Below are positions 14,093 through 15,254 of a DNA stretch of 15,254 nucleotides, in pieces; within the stretch, counting starts at the first letter, position 1, and every line of letters starts with the position of its first letter. Source of the stretch: Pseudomonadota bacterium (GTDB lineage: Bacteria > UBA10199 > 2-02-FULL-44-16 > JAAZCA01); assembly GCA_043822785.1 (NCBI GenBank), contig JBDRBN010000038.1, forward strand, positions 1-15,254, given 5' to 3'. The notes under the pieces are model-generated. The model saw only the letters and a program-made list of their open reading frames with translations. It had not been told where the DNA came from and did no database searches. A program made the position numbers and the translations under genes.

Positions 14093-15166
14093 ATGGAAGT
14101 ATATATGACCTCACGCGAAAAAAAACTCAACAAAAAAGCGGATAAATGGCAGACGGAGCTAGCACAGAGCATAACAAGTGTTCATGAACTAGAGAAAAAA
14201 ATATGTCTCTCCGAGACAGAAAAGACAAATATAGAGTTAATAACGAAAATATTCAAAATAAGAATAACTCCCTTTTATCTAAGCCTCATGGACAAAAACA
14301 ATCCAGACTGTCCGATTCGAAAGCAGGCCATCCCATCACTTGAAGAGCTTGATTTCAAAATGGAAGAATTAGAAGATCCTCTGGGTGATGATAGGTATAG
14401 TCCAGTTCCGAGGCTTACACATCGTTACCCAGATAGAGTATTGATTTTTCCAACTTACGAGTGTGCAACATACTGCCGCCATTGTTTCAGGCGAAGAATC
14501 GTTGGGCGCAATGACCAAGAGATGACGAAGGAAGAAATGAAATGTATCCTGACTTATATTCAAAACCATAATGAAATAAACGAAGTTATTTTGACAGGCG
14601 GCGACCCACTTTTACTCAAAGACGAGGTATTGAAAGAGTTGCTGCTCAAAATTAGGTCTATACATCACGTACGTATATTAAGGATCCATACCCGGTTATT
14701 TGTTACCTTACCGCATCGAATAACGCATGAACTGAAAAGTATACTTAAAAAGGCAAAACCTCTATATATAGTAATTCATGTTAATCATTTTAATGAAATA
14801 TCTGCACAATTTAGACGTGCAGTTCGGGGTATCGCTGAAGCTGGTATTCCAATTCTCAGTCAGTCAGTCCTATTGAAGGGCATTAATGATGATGTTCAAT
14901 CTTTGAGAAAATTATTCTCTGGATTAATTGAAGCCAGTGTAAAGCCGTATTATTTGCATTACTGCGATTTGGCTCGTGGCATCAGCCATTTCAGAACTCC
15001 TATTCAAAAGGGATCGGAGCTCTTAAAGCAATTGAGAGGATCAGTATCAGGACTCTGTATTCCGTACTATATGGTTGAATCAGTCGGCGGTCATGGAAAG
15101 GTACCGGTTCTCTATAATTGCTTCAAGGTAAACCCCCAGCTCTGCTGGGGGACTCACAGGGTTTGA
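14093..15166 (+). CDS. KamA-family radical-SAM/PLP amino-acid 2,3-aminomutase; last 12 codons probably IS-derived
   Basis: LTHRYPDRVL, CATYCRHC (CxxxCxxC), LTGGDPL, QSVLLKGIND, PYYLHYCD..G..HFR and PLP-lysine motif GGHGK. The start may be ATG 14105. Substrate is not established. Confidence 0.92.
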   Translation: MEVYMTSREKKLNKKADKWQTELAQSITSVHELEKKICLSETEKTNIELITKIFKIRITPFYLSLMDKNNPDCPIRKQAIPSLEELDFKMEELEDPLGDDRYSPVPRLTHRYPDRVLIFPTYECATYCRHCFRRRIVGRNDQEMTKEEMKCILTYIQNHNEINEVILTGGDPLLLKDEVLKELLLKIRSIHHVRILRIHTRLFVTLPHRITHELKSILKKAKPLYIVIHVNHFNEISAQFRRAVRGIAEAGIPILSQSVLLKGINDDVQSLRKLFSGLIEASVKPYYLHYCDLARGISHFRTPIQKGSELLKQLRGSVSGLCIPYYMVESVGGHGKVPVLYNCFKVNPQLCWGTHRV

Positions 15167-15254
15167 CATTTGCGGGAGTAAAAAACAGCCTCCGAACCGT
15201 GAACCGCCCAAGGCTCAACGGCAAGGAGGCCCGATGCATGATGCAGCCTCGTTA
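15128..15254 (+). mobile_element. Left end of an IS200/IS605-family element (partial)
   Basis: GTAAA followed by the subterminal hairpin CCCCCAGC-tct-GCTGGGGG (15133-15151), then TTGACA, and an anti-SD GCCTCC (15188-15193) complementary to the RBS GGAGGC (15225-15230). This is an IS200-type leader layout. The exact end is approximate. Confidence 0.75.
15234..15254 (+). CDS. Probable IS200-type Y1 transposase, first 7 codons only
   Basis: AAGGAGG RBS then ATG CAT GAT GCA GCC TCG TTA (MHDAASL), resembling the M-x4-SL(SH) start of IS200 TnpA. Too short to confirm. Confidence 0.55.

Noticed and set aside
489..14569. Numerous short overlapping or antisense ORFs in the track (e.g. 489-713, 5429-5869, 8330-8668, 9794-10216, 11342-11626, 13822-14172)
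   Set aside because: They are shadows of well-supported genes or repeats, with no motifs or RBS support.
14093..15166. Assigning the symbol epmB, kamA or ablA
   Set aside because: Family membership is clear, but diagnostic neighbours are absent and the substrate is unproven.

Overview
Bacterial chromosomal window, with gene content suggestive of a deltaproteobacterial, Myxococcota- or Bdellovibrionota-like organism (inference). The left part (minus strand) is a folD-gcvT-gcvH-gcvPA-gcvPB operon followed by a partial Cache-domain lipoprotein. All three intergenic gaps between the gcv genes are filled by hairpins built from 7- or 9-nt periodic repeats. Upstream of folD is a ~700-bp cassette bounded by a perfect 22-bp direct repeat and carrying a coiled-coil ORF. 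Next come a DgcB-like FHA-GGDEF diguanylate cyclase with a sigma54-type promoter and a divergent ~990-aa S8 protease/FG-GAP lipoprotein that has a REP-like palindrome in frame in its prodomain. The right part is an AT-richer, sigma54-type-promoter-led cluster of SAM methyltransferase, ATP-grasp ligase and KamA-family radical-SAM aminomutase, a candidate beta-amino-acid peptide pathway. The aminomutase C-terminus appears to be interrupted by an IS200/IS605-family element at the window edge.
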